Virus record (IMG/VR): IMGVR_UViG_3300049846_001081
Strand: one strand, 5' to 3'
Origin: a virus
Lineage: Duplodnaviria > Caudoviricetes
DNA: 64,000 bases
Part shown: positions 36,301 through 46,408 of the stretch, piece after piece
How positions within the stretch are numbered: position 1 is the stretch's first letter
Layout: the number at the start of each line of letters is the position of its first letter
The notes under the pieces: generated by a model
The model's input: only the letters and a program-made list of their open reading frames with translations
What the model was told of the DNA's origin: nothing
Databases searched by the model: none
Made by a program: the position numbers and the translations under genes

Positions 36301-39196
36301 TAATCCAGAATCAGATCCTGATGAAACAAGAAGTGCTGCTTCATCCTCACTTATCGGTGAAGTTGTAGTTAATGATGTTCGTAACAGTATTACAAAGGAA
36401 ACGATTACAAAGTTCTTAAGAGACTCTGATGTTGGTGTTGGTATTACAGACATTTTCTCAAGCGATACTGGAATTGCTCACACAATCTTTACAAGTATTG
36501 ATCATGGACTGAATAGAATTGTAAGAGTTAGCATTACAAATGCTGGTGCAGGATACACTGGAACTGCAGGTAGTAGCACTTACAATGCAAGCTTAGTAGG
36601 ATTTGCTGGATCAACCACCGGTCAACATGCAACAGCCAAGATTACTGTTGATGCATCAGGTTCTATCACTGATGTCAAGATCATGGACGGTGGTTCTGCA
36701 TATGGAATTGGTAACACTCTTGCAGTTGTTGGTGTTGCCACTTATGCACCATTTACACAAGCGGTCGTTACTGTAGCAGATGTTTATGATAACGTTGGAG
36801 ATACTGTAAGAATTTCTGGTGTTTCTTCTGAGACAAATGCTACCTACAACAATGTTTACAGAATTACTGATATTCAAGTAGGTGCTGCAAAGAGTTTCTC
36901 TGTTACTTCAACCAGTGCTGTTGGATCTGGAGTTGTATCTGGTGTTGGTGTAACCAATACTGCAAATGCATTTGTATATCTAACTGGAGAAGCAATTCGT
37001 ATCAGTTCCCTTGTCTATAATAACATAACAGGAATTGCTACTGTAACTTCAGTCAATAATCATGGACTTAAAGTAGATAGCAAAGTTCGTGTCGTTGGTG
37101 CGAATGAAAGTCTATACAATGGAGATTTCGTAGTAACTGAAAATGTAAGTAATACTTCCTTTAAGATCAACGTTGGTGCTTCTGCAAATGCACCAACAGC
37201 AACAGGAACTTTATTTGCATATCGTGAAGGTATTACCTCTAATGATGGTGTAATTACTGTAGATAATGAAAACTTAAATGGTAGAATGAATACCATTTAT
37301 GCTGGAATTACCACCACACTTTCAACTCCAGTTATTAATGCTACAACTGATCAAATCAATGTCACTTCACCAATTAATCTTGATCTCAATATTGGTGACT
37401 ATTTGATGATTGATGATGAAATCATGAGAATTAAAACAACAACTGCCACCAGCAGTGTAACTGGTGTTACTAACCCAATTACTGTTTTCCGTGGTGTTTT
37501 TGGAAGTAAAGCAACAACTCATTCTGCTGGAGCAGTTGTTAGAAGAATTCAAATTAAACCAATTGAATTAAGAAGACATTCCATCATTCGTGCATCAGGT
37601 CATACGTTTGAATATGTTGGATTTGGTCCTGGTAATTATTCAACTGCATTCCCAGACAAGCAAGATCGTCAGATCTCTGCACAAGAAGAACTTCTTTCAC
37701 AATCAACAAGAAAGAATGGTGGTATTAACTTCTACACTGGAATGAATGACCGTGGTATTTCATACTCCGGTAATAAAAAGATGAGTTCCATTACTGGATT
37801 AGAAGAAATCTTTGATACTCCAATTCAAACGATTACTGGTGAAGACATTGGAACTCAACAAGGGTTAAATGTAATTAACCCAACTGAAGGATCTTTTGTA
37901 CGTTCAATTCGTGTTGAAGGTGGTTCTGATGGCAAAGCTACATCTGAGTTTAATGGACCAGTAATCTTTAGTAACAAAATAACTTCTACCTCAACAAAGG
38001 GTGTTGAAGCATTCTCACTATTCTTGCAAGGTGACTCAACTGTTTCTAGAAAGTATACAGTTGGCATTGCAACACCAGCTCTTGCAGGAAACCCAGGAGA
38101 TATCATTTATCTTGATAACCCAAGTAAAGGTGGATATGTTGGATGGATTTATACAACCGATAATGATTGGTATCGCTTTGGTGCTATTAGTCTTTCTAAG
38201 ACACTCAACATCGGACTTTTTGACCAAGTTGGAATTGCAACAACTTCTCCAGGAAATTCAAAACTTCTGGTTGGTTCTGGATCCACTCAATTCTCTGTTG
38301 ATGGAAATGGTGGTGTTGGTATTGGAACTACCGCAAACAATTATGCATTACACGTTATTGGTGGAACAAATATTGTTGGAACAGTAACTGCAACTTCATT
38401 CTCGGGTGATGGTAGTTTACTTGTAAACCTAAATGCAAGTGCTACTGGATGGACAAATATTACTGGTGGAATTTACAATACAAATCTAAACAATGTAGGT
38501 ATTGGCACATCTGTTCCAAGATTTAATCTTGAACTTGGTAATGTTGGAACTTCATCAACATCATTGTACGTTAATGGAGAAGCAAAGTTTGTTGGAATTA
38601 TTACTACAAATCACTTATTTGTCAGTGGTATTACAACTATAGTTGGAAATTATAGTATACAAAATTCTTCTGGTAGAATTACTGCTGGTATTATCACATC
38701 TTCTACTTTAGTTGTTGGTACATCTGGTACAACAATTACTACAAGTGGTCCTTCCGTTGGTATTGGAACTACAGTACCAAGAGCAAAATTAGATATTGAA
38801 GGTCATACAAGATTAAAGACATATTCTGAAAATGTTGAGTATCTTTCCATTGCTTCTAATATTGTAATTGTTGATCTTTCTAAAGCACAATCATTCATTT
38901 GTACAGCAACAAGTGACATTAATGAATTCACTTTGATAAATGCGCCTTCTGGATCAACACAGTTTACAATTAGAATTGATCAAGATACAACAGGTGGAAG
39001 AACTGTTGGTATTGATACATTTAAAACTGCTGGTGGTGTAACGATTCCAGTTTATTGGCCTGGTGGAGGAGTTCTTCCAATTATAACTCCAACCGCAAGT
39101 AGATCTGATATTTACACATTCAAAACATTTGATGGTACAAACATTACGAGTTCTGGATTGTATGGAATAGTTGTGGGTCAAAACTTTGCTAACTGA
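33329..39196 (+). CDS. Very large virion structural / tail-fibre-type protein (1955 aa)
   Basis: MGLSRLDNFL…RPFKTIQRAL N-terminus, Thr/Ser/Gly-rich beta repeats, VGIGT(T/S)xP fibre repeats. Confidence 0.8.
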   Translation: MGLSRLDNFLKSVRGTIIYVDPSSLDSTDSIENQGNSLTRPFKTIQRALIEASRFSYQRGLNNDRFGKTTILLYPGDHIVDNRPGWIPDGSNNFKLRDGTTSNDFPPFDLTTNFDLTVSNNALYKLNSIHGGVIVPRGTSIVGLDLRKTKIRPKYVPDPTNDNIQRSAIFRVTGGCYFWQFSLFDADPNGQCYIDYTSNLFVPNFSHHKLTCFEYADGTNDVNIVDPFIGSYSTDRTDLDMYYEKVGLAYGQSSGRPIEPDYPSSGLDIQSKIDEYRIVGPTGGEVGITSIKSGDGITATTSITVTTASTVSGLDVDTAFRIRNVSESAYNGQFVVTERIDDTNFKYQVQNSPSIALPSVTSASLTLSSDTVTSASPYIFNISLRSVYGMCGVLADGDKASGFKSMVIAQFTGIGLQKDDKAFVVYNSTTGVYDDNTQSGNETISTNSRAIFKPSYRNFHIKTINEAFIQNVSIFAIGYAEHFSTESGGDQSVTNSNSNFGAKALVASGFRKNAFPQDDLGYITHIIPPKELPLTETALEFNAIDVNKTVGVASTAHLYLYAQTNIDVPPENVLDGYRIGARENDALKVLVSSGGSVTEYSARIVMPGSQSSSEKKFTVARVGTANSVTDNNTLNLTNNHTFFNGESVRVVSDDGQLPDGLVSNTVYYAITSTVDVGLSANQLKLAKTETDSTVATNAITFNNKGGVLSVVSRVSDKNSGDIGHPIQFDSTNNQWYVKVATATTENSIYPTIVGLGSTSLGEATTRTYIKRKQDNRTSIDTLYRIRYVIPKSTGATVARPPSDAFIIQESNTSIGATDAEIQTYFGSGTLGNVNQQRNFRFVANAEWTANTAKITTELPHNLIVGSQVELVNIKSTNNLTGIANTGFNRTYTVSGISSAKQFSVGLSTDPGTFTSDTSARTTALPYFKRKQYKDTYYVYRTQEAQKYVAGQQDGIYYVTILNASNSPTVAPFTDEKFSQPVKELYPQINRDNPESDPDETRSAASSSLIGEVVVNDVRNSITKETITKFLRDSDVGVGITDIFSSDTGIAHTIFTSIDHGLNRIVRVSITNAGAGYTGTAGSSTYNASLVGFAGSTTGQHATAKITVDASGSITDVKIMDGGSAYGIGNTLAVVGVATYAPFTQAVVTVADVYDNVGDTVRISGVSSETNATYNNVYRITDIQVGAAKSFSVTSTSAVGSGVVSGVGVTNTANAFVYLTGEAIRISSLVYNNITGIATVTSVNNHGLKVDSKVRVVGANESLYNGDFVVTENVSNTSFKINVGASANAPTATGTLFAYREGITSNDGVITVDNENLNGRMNTIYAGITTTLSTPVINATTDQINVTSPINLDLNIGDYLMIDDEIMRIKTTTATSSVTGVTNPITVFRGVFGSKATTHSAGAVVRRIQIKPIELRRHSIIRASGHTFEYVGFGPGNYSTAFPDKQDRQISAQEELLSQSTRKNGGINFYTGMNDRGISYSGNKKMSSITGLEEIFDTPIQTITGEDIGTQQGLNVINPTEGSFVRSIRVEGGSDGKATSEFNGPVIFSNKITSTSTKGVEAFSLFLQGDSTVSRKYTVGIATPALAGNPGDIIYLDNPSKGGYVGWIYTTDNDWYRFGAISLSKTLNIGLFDQVGIATTSPGNSKLLVGSGSTQFSVDGNGGVGIGTTANNYALHVIGGTNIVGTVTATSFSGDGSLLVNLNASATGWTNITGGIYNTNLNNVGIGTSVPRFNLELGNVGTSSTSLYVNGEAKFVGIITTNHLFVSGITTIVGNYSIQNSSGRITAGIITSSTLVVGTSGTTITTSGPSVGIGTTVPRAKLDIEGHTRLKTYSENVEYLSIASNIVIVDLSKAQSFICTATSDINEFTLINAPSGSTQFTIRIDQDTTGGRTVGIDTFKTAGGVTIPVYWPGGGVLPIITPTASRSDIYTFKTFDGTNITSSGLYGIVVGQNFAN

Positions 39197-39207
39197 GGTA
39201 AAGTAAA

Positions 39208-41673
39208 ATGAAACAAACTACACTGGATCTTAACGGACCAATTCTTTCTTTCGTAACTAATCCAGTTGGAGTTGCTTCAACTGGTGTGACTTCTGGAACG
39301 GGAAGTGGAATTGTCACTTTTACTGGTATCGCGACGGCAACATTTCCAACACAAACACCAGAAAATCCAGCTTCAAATACAGGTATCATTACTTATCGTT
39401 GGTATGAAGTTGGAGTTGGTGCGTTATCTGATAATGAATATGTAACTGGAACCGCAACCACATCATTAACATTGTCTAGATTAATCACTCCAAATGATCA
39501 CAATCGCCAATTTTATTTGACGGCAGACTACATCCCATCTGCTTATCAATCATCAACTCCCGTAACTGCTGGAACAGCACGTTCAACCGGAAATGCTATT
39601 AATGAACCAGTTAGTTCTGGTATTGGCACAGTTACGGTTTACCCACTTTTAGAAATTGTCGCGGAACCAACTGATAAACAAGCGGCGAGAAATGGATGTG
39701 TTACTTTTACTGTTGATGCTGGTCTTACTGATTCAAGATTTGGTGATGTTAGTTATCAATGGTATGTTAATGGAAATGCCGTAGATGATGGTGTAGTTAC
39801 AGAAACTACAACTACATCAACAACAACCGTTGGTTTTCAAAGTTATACCTTCACAAGTGATGGCAATATCACTTTACCATCTGATGCTACAAGTGTTGAA
39901 CTTACTGTTGCTGGAGCTTCTGGAGGTAGAGGTGGTAATGATTCTGGAGGATCAGGAAATGCTGGCGCTTTAGGTAGAATTGGAAGACATTATTATTCTA
40001 GTGGAGCAAGAACTCTAACTTTTAGAATTGGTAGAAAGGGAAATGATGGAACCACTGGTAATCAAAATGCTGGAGGTGCTGGTGGGGCAAGTAGTTATGC
40101 TAGAGGAGGAGATGGTGGTGGAGCTGGACCAAATGGATCCTCTGGTGGTGGAGGTGGTGGTGGTGGAGCCACTGCAGTCTATGATTCGGTAAAGGGTGGA
40201 TATACCATTGTCGCAGCTGGCGGTGCTGGTGGCGGTGGTGGTTCTTTAAATGCTTCTGCTAATACTTACATTGGTGTTTTGGGAACAGGTGGTGGTCTTG
40301 GATTTGGTAGAGCAAGAGCTGCTATGGAAGGTGGATATGATTCACCCAAACCAGGAACTCCTGGGGGAACTGCTTCTAATGACGGTGGGGGCGGTGGCGG
40401 AGGAGGCGCTGGTGCTCAACCAAGTAATTTCTCTCCTCATGCTGAGGGAGGACCTGCCGGACAGGATAATGTTTCTGGTGGTCAAGGTGGAGCTGGTGGT
40501 GCTAGTGGTCATGATAGTAGATATGCTACATTTTACTATAATGGATATGGAATTGATGGTGATGGATACGTAAGTATTAGTTTTAATGGAACTGCATCTG
40601 TTCCAACTACAACAACTAGAAAAACTACAGTCACTGGATCAAAAACACCATCGTTAACACTATGCTCTGATACTGTTGGTGTACAAACTGTTTTTGTAAG
40701 AATATCAAATCCACTAGCAGTGAATAGTCCGTTAGATTCTATTATCGTTGACTTTGCAACTTTATCAACGGCAATTCAATACAAGGTTCAAGTTGAAGCA
40801 ATTGGGATAACAAATAATGCTACTGTGTCAAACATTGATTTATTTAATGGTGAATATACTTTCTCTAAGACATCTCAAGATGTTGAAAATCCAGAGAGGT
40901 CAATTAATTACTATAGTTTTTACTCTCCAGACAAAGATATAACTGTTGAGATGGATTTGTATGGAGGAAAAGGATCTAATAATGGAATCTATGTTGGTGG
41001 AGAAGGCGGATTTTCAAGGATTAGATTTACTATGCAAAGAAATGTTGAATATGTAATCTCTGGTCTGAATGATGAAGTTAATGCACCTTTCCTTTATAGA
41101 AAAGGTCAATTAATTGCTTGTGTTGGTGGAGGTGGTAATGCGGGAAGTATAGGCAATGGTGGTTTTGGTGGTGGAATAGGGATATCAGGTCAGAATGGAT
41201 TTGGTAGGGGTGGTGGAAATGGTGGAATTTCTTATGCTTCTGGAACATTGCCATCAGATGGTGTTTATGGATCATTAACTACACTAGAGTCTGAAAGTCC
41301 AGATACAAATGCATCATCTCCAGACGGTGGTAGAGTTATTCCTTGTGCAAGAGGAGTTTACTGGAGAAACGAAGGATTCACTGCATGTCAAGATGTAGGA
41401 ACTTCTCAGTTTATATTGGATGATGGTACTGTAGTTGCTAATACTGGTTCAGTTACTAGAGGATTTAAGGCTGGTTACGACATAACTCAAACTGCAGGAT
41501 CTGCAATTGGTAATGGTGGTAATGGTGGATCTGGAGCAACTGGTGGTGATGGTGGTGATAATGCAGGTGGTGGTGGAGGTAGCGGATACACTGATGGATC
41601 TGTAACTTTGGTAAATTCAACTTTAGGTGGTAGCACTGGAAATGCTAGAGTTATTATGCGAGTAGTAAGTTAA
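39208..41673 (+). CDS. Virion protein with Ig-like and glycine-rich domains
   Basis: ITYRWYE and VSYQWY Ig-like strands; two long Gly-rich blocks. Confidence 0.7.
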   Translation: MKQTTLDLNGPILSFVTNPVGVASTGVTSGTGSGIVTFTGIATATFPTQTPENPASNTGIITYRWYEVGVGALSDNEYVTGTATTSLTLSRLITPNDHNRQFYLTADYIPSAYQSSTPVTAGTARSTGNAINEPVSSGIGTVTVYPLLEIVAEPTDKQAARNGCVTFTVDAGLTDSRFGDVSYQWYVNGNAVDDGVVTETTTTSTTTVGFQSYTFTSDGNITLPSDATSVELTVAGASGGRGGNDSGGSGNAGALGRIGRHYYSSGARTLTFRIGRKGNDGTTGNQNAGGAGGASSYARGGDGGGAGPNGSSGGGGGGGGATAVYDSVKGGYTIVAAGGAGGGGGSLNASANTYIGVLGTGGGLGFGRARAAMEGGYDSPKPGTPGGTASNDGGGGGGGGAGAQPSNFSPHAEGGPAGQDNVSGGQGGAGGASGHDSRYATFYYNGYGIDGDGYVSISFNGTASVPTTTTRKTTVTGSKTPSLTLCSDTVGVQTVFVRISNPLAVNSPLDSIIVDFATLSTAIQYKVQVEAIGITNNATVSNIDLFNGEYTFSKTSQDVENPERSINYYSFYSPDKDITVEMDLYGGKGSNNGIYVGGEGGFSRIRFTMQRNVEYVISGLNDEVNAPFLYRKGQLIACVGGGGNAGSIGNGGFGGGIGISGQNGFGRGGGNGGISYASGTLPSDGVYGSLTTLESESPDTNASSPDGGRVIPCARGVYWRNEGFTACQDVGTSQFILDDGTVVANTGSVTRGFKAGYDITQTAGSAIGNGGNGGSGATGGDGGDNAGGGGGSGYTDGSVTLVNSTLGGSTGNARVIMRVVS

Positions 41674-41707
41674 CTAAATACTTAAAATTCAACGGGGACA
41701 GTGAACC

Positions 41708-43621
41708 GTGTCAATCAATAAGAATTTTGTAGTCAAGAATGGTTTTGAAGTAGCAACCAATCTTGTTTTTGCAAATGCTGATACCAAAAAGGTTGGTATT
41801 GGTTCTACGAATCCAGAAAGAACATTAGACGTTCGTGGTGGAATAGGTGCAACAGATCTTTATGTGATTGGAGTTGCAACTGCTACCAATCAATTACATG
41901 TTGGCGTAGGGGGAACAACATTAATTGGTATTGGTGGTTCTGTTGGTATTGGAACAGCAATTCCATCATATCTTTTAGATATTCGTTCACCAGTTAGCAC
42001 TGGTCAAACAGCACTTTATGTTAAAGGTGATGTTTATATCACTGGTGATTTGACAGTTGATGATATTACATTTGATGATGCAACACTTACTGATTTGACG
42101 GTTACTAATCAAACCACAAGTCAACAACTTACAGTATCCACGGCAACCACTACACAACATCTCAAAGTCACTGGTGTTTCTACTTTTGTAGGATTTTCTA
42201 CATTTAATAGTAGTGTTTATATTGCTGGTATTACTACTTTTGCAAATTATGCACAATTTCTTGATAGTCAATCATTATACTTTGGAAATGGTGCTGACCT
42301 AAACATCTATCATGATGGATCTAATAGTTATATTCAAGAACAGGGACAAGGAAGTCTTTATATTCAAAGCACTAGTGGAAGCATTAATATCCGTACCAAC
42401 AGTACAGAGAATGCAGTTGTTGCAAATCAAGATGGTTCAGTAGAACTTTATTATGATAATGCGAAAAAGTTTGAAACATTAGGTGTTGGAGCATCAGTTA
42501 GTGGAACACTTTTTACAAATCAGTTAAATTCATCTGGTATTGCAACTGCATCTGCATATTATATTGATGGCACATCCATTATCAGTAATTCAAAACAACT
42601 ACAGAATATTTCTTCTCTTGATGCAACAACAACAGCAACAATTGAAGCAGCAATCGCAAATGCACCGAACACATTTACTGACCTAACAGTAACTGGTATT
42701 ACCACTTTAGGAACTGTAAAAGTTTCTTCTGGTATCATCACTGCAACATCTGGTATCGTCACTTATTATGGTGACGGTTCATACTTAACTGGAAATGCAA
42801 GAAATCTAACTGCAACGATTGGTATCAGAACTGAAGGTGCTGTTCTTGGTTATGGTGTTTCATTCTTAGATTTAAGAGGAGCAGGAGTTTCTACTGCATA
42901 TTACAATTCTGCTGTTGGTATTGCGACCATTTTCTTCCAAGGAGGAGGTGGAAGTGGTGGTGCATCCATTGGTATTGGCACAACACCTGGAGAAGCTGGA
43001 TTCCCAGTTGGAGTTGTAACTGCAGGAAATCTTTGGTATAATAGTTCAATAGGAAGATTATTCATTTATTATAATGATGGATCCTCATCTCAGTGGGTAG
43101 ATGCTGCACCATTTAATGTTGCGGGAACATATCTCAGTAAGTTTGGTGATAATATACTTGCTGGTCTTGGTGTAACTGTTGGAGCCGCAAGTACGCCAAG
43201 TGTTTATTTTACGGGAGATGCTACAACAGGTTTCTTCTCTCCATCTGCAGGAAACTTTAATATTGTATCAGTTGGATCAACAATCCTAAACATTAATTCA
43301 AATGGTATTAAGGTAACTGGTATTGCAACAGCAACTGACTTTGATGCACTATCTGATATCAACTATAAAGAAAACATCGTAACAGTTAGTGATGCACTTT
43401 CAAAGGTAGATCAACTTCGTGGTGTGAGATTTGACTGGAAAGAAAGTGGTTTGCCTTCCTATGGTGTAATTGCACAAGAACTTCAAGAAGTCCTTCCAGA
43501 ATTAGTTCATGGAAATGAACCTAAAACTGTAAATTATAATGGTATCATTGGTGTGTTGATTGAAGCGATTAAAGAACTTAAAGTAGAGGTTGAAGACCTT
43601 AAGAATCAACTAAATAAGTAA
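41708..43621 (+). CDS. Tail fibre with C-terminal Peptidase S74 intramolecular chaperone
   Basis: VGIGSTNP repeats; SDINYKENI…ALSKVDQLRGVRFDWK…GVIAQELQEVLPELV…LIEAIKEL. Confidence 0.85.
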   Translation: MSINKNFVVKNGFEVATNLVFANADTKKVGIGSTNPERTLDVRGGIGATDLYVIGVATATNQLHVGVGGTTLIGIGGSVGIGTAIPSYLLDIRSPVSTGQTALYVKGDVYITGDLTVDDITFDDATLTDLTVTNQTTSQQLTVSTATTTQHLKVTGVSTFVGFSTFNSSVYIAGITTFANYAQFLDSQSLYFGNGADLNIYHDGSNSYIQEQGQGSLYIQSTSGSINIRTNSTENAVVANQDGSVELYYDNAKKFETLGVGASVSGTLFTNQLNSSGIATASAYYIDGTSIISNSKQLQNISSLDATTTATIEAAIANAPNTFTDLTVTGITTLGTVKVSSGIITATSGIVTYYGDGSYLTGNARNLTATIGIRTEGAVLGYGVSFLDLRGAGVSTAYYNSAVGIATIFFQGGGGSGGASIGIGTTPGEAGFPVGVVTAGNLWYNSSIGRLFIYYNDGSSSQWVDAAPFNVAGTYLSKFGDNILAGLGVTVGAASTPSVYFTGDATTGFFSPSAGNFNIVSVGSTILNINSNGIKVTGIATATDFDALSDINYKENIVTVSDALSKVDQLRGVRFDWKESGLPSYGVIAQELQEVLPELVHGNEPKTVNYNGIIGVLIEAIKELKVEVEDLKNQLNK

Positions 43622-43640
43622 AAGCCGAGTGTAAACGAAG

Positions 43641-44489
43641 ATGGCAATTAAGATTTCGGGAACTACTGTTATTGATGACAGTAGAAATCTAATTAATATT
43701 AACTCCGGTTTGGGAGTTGGTATTCAATCTGCCGGAACAGTTGTTGGTTCTGGAATTACTACTCTTAACTTTGTAGGAACTGGAAACACTTTTGCCGTAA
43801 GTGGTGGGACCGTAAATATCAGTATTTCTGGTGGAGGTGGTGGAGGTTCTGGATTATTCAATACAGGAATTACAAGTTCCATTGGATTTGCAGTTACTAC
43901 TACAATGGGAACTGCATATAGTGCATCAGGAACTGTTGTAATTCACTCAATTCATGTAACAAATATTGATGGAACGAGCAGTGCAGACATTAGTGGTCAG
44001 ATGTATGCTGGTGCATATTCATTAGCAAATACTGTTCCTGTTCCTGCTGGTTCATCGGTTGAACTATTAAAACAACCAAAGGTACTAGCAACAGGGCAAA
44101 CTATTCAATTACAAGCAAGTGCTGATGGTGATTTACATGCAACAATTGCCATAGAACCACAAACTTCAGGATCTGCATATATTGGTGTTGGTACTGATAT
44201 TGACACTGCAGCAACATATACTGATTTATGGACTGCAACAGCAAATTCAGTATTACAAAGTATTCTTCTCGCAAATGATGATGGAACAAGTGATGTAAAA
44301 GCAAGAGTTGTTTGGACTGATGGAAGTAATAATATTATTGGTTACTATTGTTATGATATGGTGATCCCTGCTGATGCAACGGTAGAGATTCTTGAGCAAC
44401 CAAAGTTCTTACCTATTGGTTATAAGGTTCGTGTTTATGCAAACCAAGCAAATAGATTAGAAGCAATTCTTTCAGCAAAAACTGCTTGA
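43641..44489 (+). CDS. Fibre-associated protein with two tandem beta-sandwich repeats
   Basis: SIHVTNIDGT…VPAGSSVELLKQPK and SILLANDDGT…IPADATVEILEQPK. Confidence 0.7.
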   Translation: MAIKISGTTVIDDSRNLININSGLGVGIQSAGTVVGSGITTLNFVGTGNTFAVSGGTVNISISGGGGGGSGLFNTGITSSIGFAVTTTMGTAYSASGTVVIHSIHVTNIDGTSSADISGQMYAGAYSLANTVPVPAGSSVELLKQPKVLATGQTIQLQASADGDLHATIAIEPQTSGSAYIGVGTDIDTAATYTDLWTATANSVLQSILLANDDGTSDVKARVVWTDGSNNIIGYYCYDMVIPADATVEILEQPKFLPIGYKVRVYANQANRLEAILSAKTA

Positions 44490-44501
44490 TAGGAGAATAT
44501 C

Positions 44502-45644
44502 ATGGCAACTTTTAAAAAGGGCGTATGGGATTTACAGCAGGTAAGGGATCAATATCTTGATGGTGTATGGACTTATGAATCTCCAGAAAGAGCATTATAT
44601 ACCTTTGGTAATAATTCTTCTGGAGAATTAGGACAAAATAATATAACACAATATTCATCACCTGTTCAAATTCCAGGAGTACAATGGATTGCTGTTTCGG
44701 GATCTTACAATTCATCTTCTGGATTGAAATCTGACGGAACTTTATGGACATGGGGATTAAATCCAGTTGGTCAATTAGGACTTAATAATACACAAAGAAT
44801 ATCATCACCAACACAAATTCCGGGAACACAGTGGGCAAAAATTGAGGGAGGAAATGGTGCTATATTTTCTATTAAAACTGATGGAACATTATGGGCATGG
44901 GGAGCAAATTATTCTGGACAATTAGGAATTAACTTATCAACCGGTACTTATCGCTCTTCTCCCGTTCAAATTCCAGGAACACAATGGAGTTTAGTTAGCA
45001 ATAATAGAACACAAACACTTGGTTTAAAAACTGATGGAACATTATGGGCATGGGGTGGATCTGATCAGGGACAATTAGGACAAAACGAAATAGCAAACCA
45101 ATATTCATCGCCAAGACAAATTCCAGGAACACAATGGAATTCTATTTCTAGTGCTTATTTTAGATCATATGCAACCAAAACTGATGGAACATTGTGGGCA
45201 TGGGGTAGAGGTGCATATGGAATGTTGGGTCAAAATGATCAGACACAATATTCATCACCAAGGCAAATTCCAGGAACACAATGGTCTTCAGTTCCATTAT
45301 CAATGTCTTATAACGCATTTGCATTCAAAAATGATGGAACTTTATGGGCTCTTGGTGGATATGGTGAATATGGAAGATTAGGACAGAATAATACAACATC
45401 ACGTTCGTCACCAGTTCAAATTCCGGGAACACAATGGAATTCTTTCTCTGGATCCTATTATGTTTCGGTAGCAACAAAAACTGACGGAACCGCTTGGTCT
45501 TGGGGTCGCAACTATTCTGGATATCTTGGACACGGTGATAGAATAGATAAATCATCCCCAACACAAATACCAGGAACACAATGGACGAGTGTTGGTGTGG
45601 GCGGATATACTGCAGGATTCACATTCCTACTTAAAAACCCATAA
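44502..45644 (+). CDS. RCC1-like 7-bladed beta-propeller protein 1
   Basis: Seven SSPxQIPG(T/V)QW units alternating with KxDGTLWxWG…GQLG. Confidence 0.85.
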   Translation: MATFKKGVWDLQQVRDQYLDGVWTYESPERALYTFGNNSSGELGQNNITQYSSPVQIPGVQWIAVSGSYNSSSGLKSDGTLWTWGLNPVGQLGLNNTQRISSPTQIPGTQWAKIEGGNGAIFSIKTDGTLWAWGANYSGQLGINLSTGTYRSSPVQIPGTQWSLVSNNRTQTLGLKTDGTLWAWGGSDQGQLGQNEIANQYSSPRQIPGTQWNSISSAYFRSYATKTDGTLWAWGRGAYGMLGQNDQTQYSSPRQIPGTQWSSVPLSMSYNAFAFKNDGTLWALGGYGEYGRLGQNNTTSRSSPVQIPGTQWNSFSGSYYVSVATKTDGTAWSWGRNYSGYLGHGDRIDKSSPTQIPGTQWTSVGVGGYTAGFTFLLKNP

Positions 45645-45661
45645 TACATAACTAATAAACT

Positions 45662-45669
45662 TATAAATA
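45662..45669 (+). promoter_or_regulatory. T4 late promoter
   Basis: Exact TATAAATA 22 nt before ATG 45691. Confidence 0.75.
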
Positions 45670-45690
45670 CTTTTAAAGTTTCACATACCG

Positions 45691-46404
45691 ATGAAAATAT
45701 TCAAGTTCTTATCAGTAGATGCAAAAACTGGTATCTCAGTAGAAATTGAAAGACCTCTAGAAGGTCCAACTGCACCTAATTTACCTGGAATCGGTAAAGT
45801 TTTCTATTTTGGTGGTTGGATGTATGCGACAGTAGATGATAGTGCAGTAGCAGAACCAGAAAATTATATTTTTGAAATTACTCAAGAAGAGTTTGATAAC
45901 GTAATTCAGGTTGAATTTGATGCTTCTAAATCAAGAAGAATTGCTGACGCCTATGAAGAGGAAAAAGGAATTCGTTCAGCACTTTTTGGTAAGTATCATG
46001 AGTCTGCCTCAGTCGCTGGAGTTTATAAATATGAGCAAGCAAAAGCAGTTTTAGCAGATCCAACTGCTGATGCACCTGATGTAGAAGCAGAAGCAGACGC
46101 TAGAGGTGTTGCTGTTGCAATCATTGCACAAAGAATTGTTGATAACCATGAAGCATTTAGATTAACCGAAGCAAAACTTGCTGGTCTTCGTGGTAAAATT
46201 GTTGATAGACTAACTGAATTGACTTTTGATGAAACTGATGTACTTGGAAGTTGGGAAGAACTATCAGAAAGACAAGAAGTGATTGGAACTCATGAAGATG
46301 GACCTGCTAATGGAGCAGGTGGAAGACCTGAAGGAAATGAAGTTAAGGTTGGATACTATTCTCCAAGTCTAGGTTTAAGGTGGGAATGGTTGAATAAGGG
46401 TTGA
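45691..46404 (+). CDS. Hypothetical acidic helical protein (possible fibre-assembly chaperone)
   Basis: Lies between propeller genes 1 and 2; YKYEQAKAVL…EADARG segment. Function is a guess. Confidence 0.55.
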   Translation: MKIFKFLSVDAKTGISVEIERPLEGPTAPNLPGIGKVFYFGGWMYATVDDSAVAEPENYIFEITQEEFDNVIQVEFDASKSRRIADAYEEEKGIRSALFGKYHESASVAGVYKYEQAKAVLADPTADAPDVEAEADARGVAVAIIAQRIVDNHEAFRLTEAKLAGLRGKIVDRLTELTFDETDVLGSWEELSERQEVIGTHEDGPANGAGGRPEGNEVKVGYYSPSLGLRWEWLNKG

Positions 46405-46408
46405 TGAT

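Noticed and set aside
40040-40510. Collagen-like substrate for the hydroxylases
   Set aside because: The region is poly-Gly rich (GGAGG/GGGGG) without Gly-X-Y periodicity, so it is not collagen.
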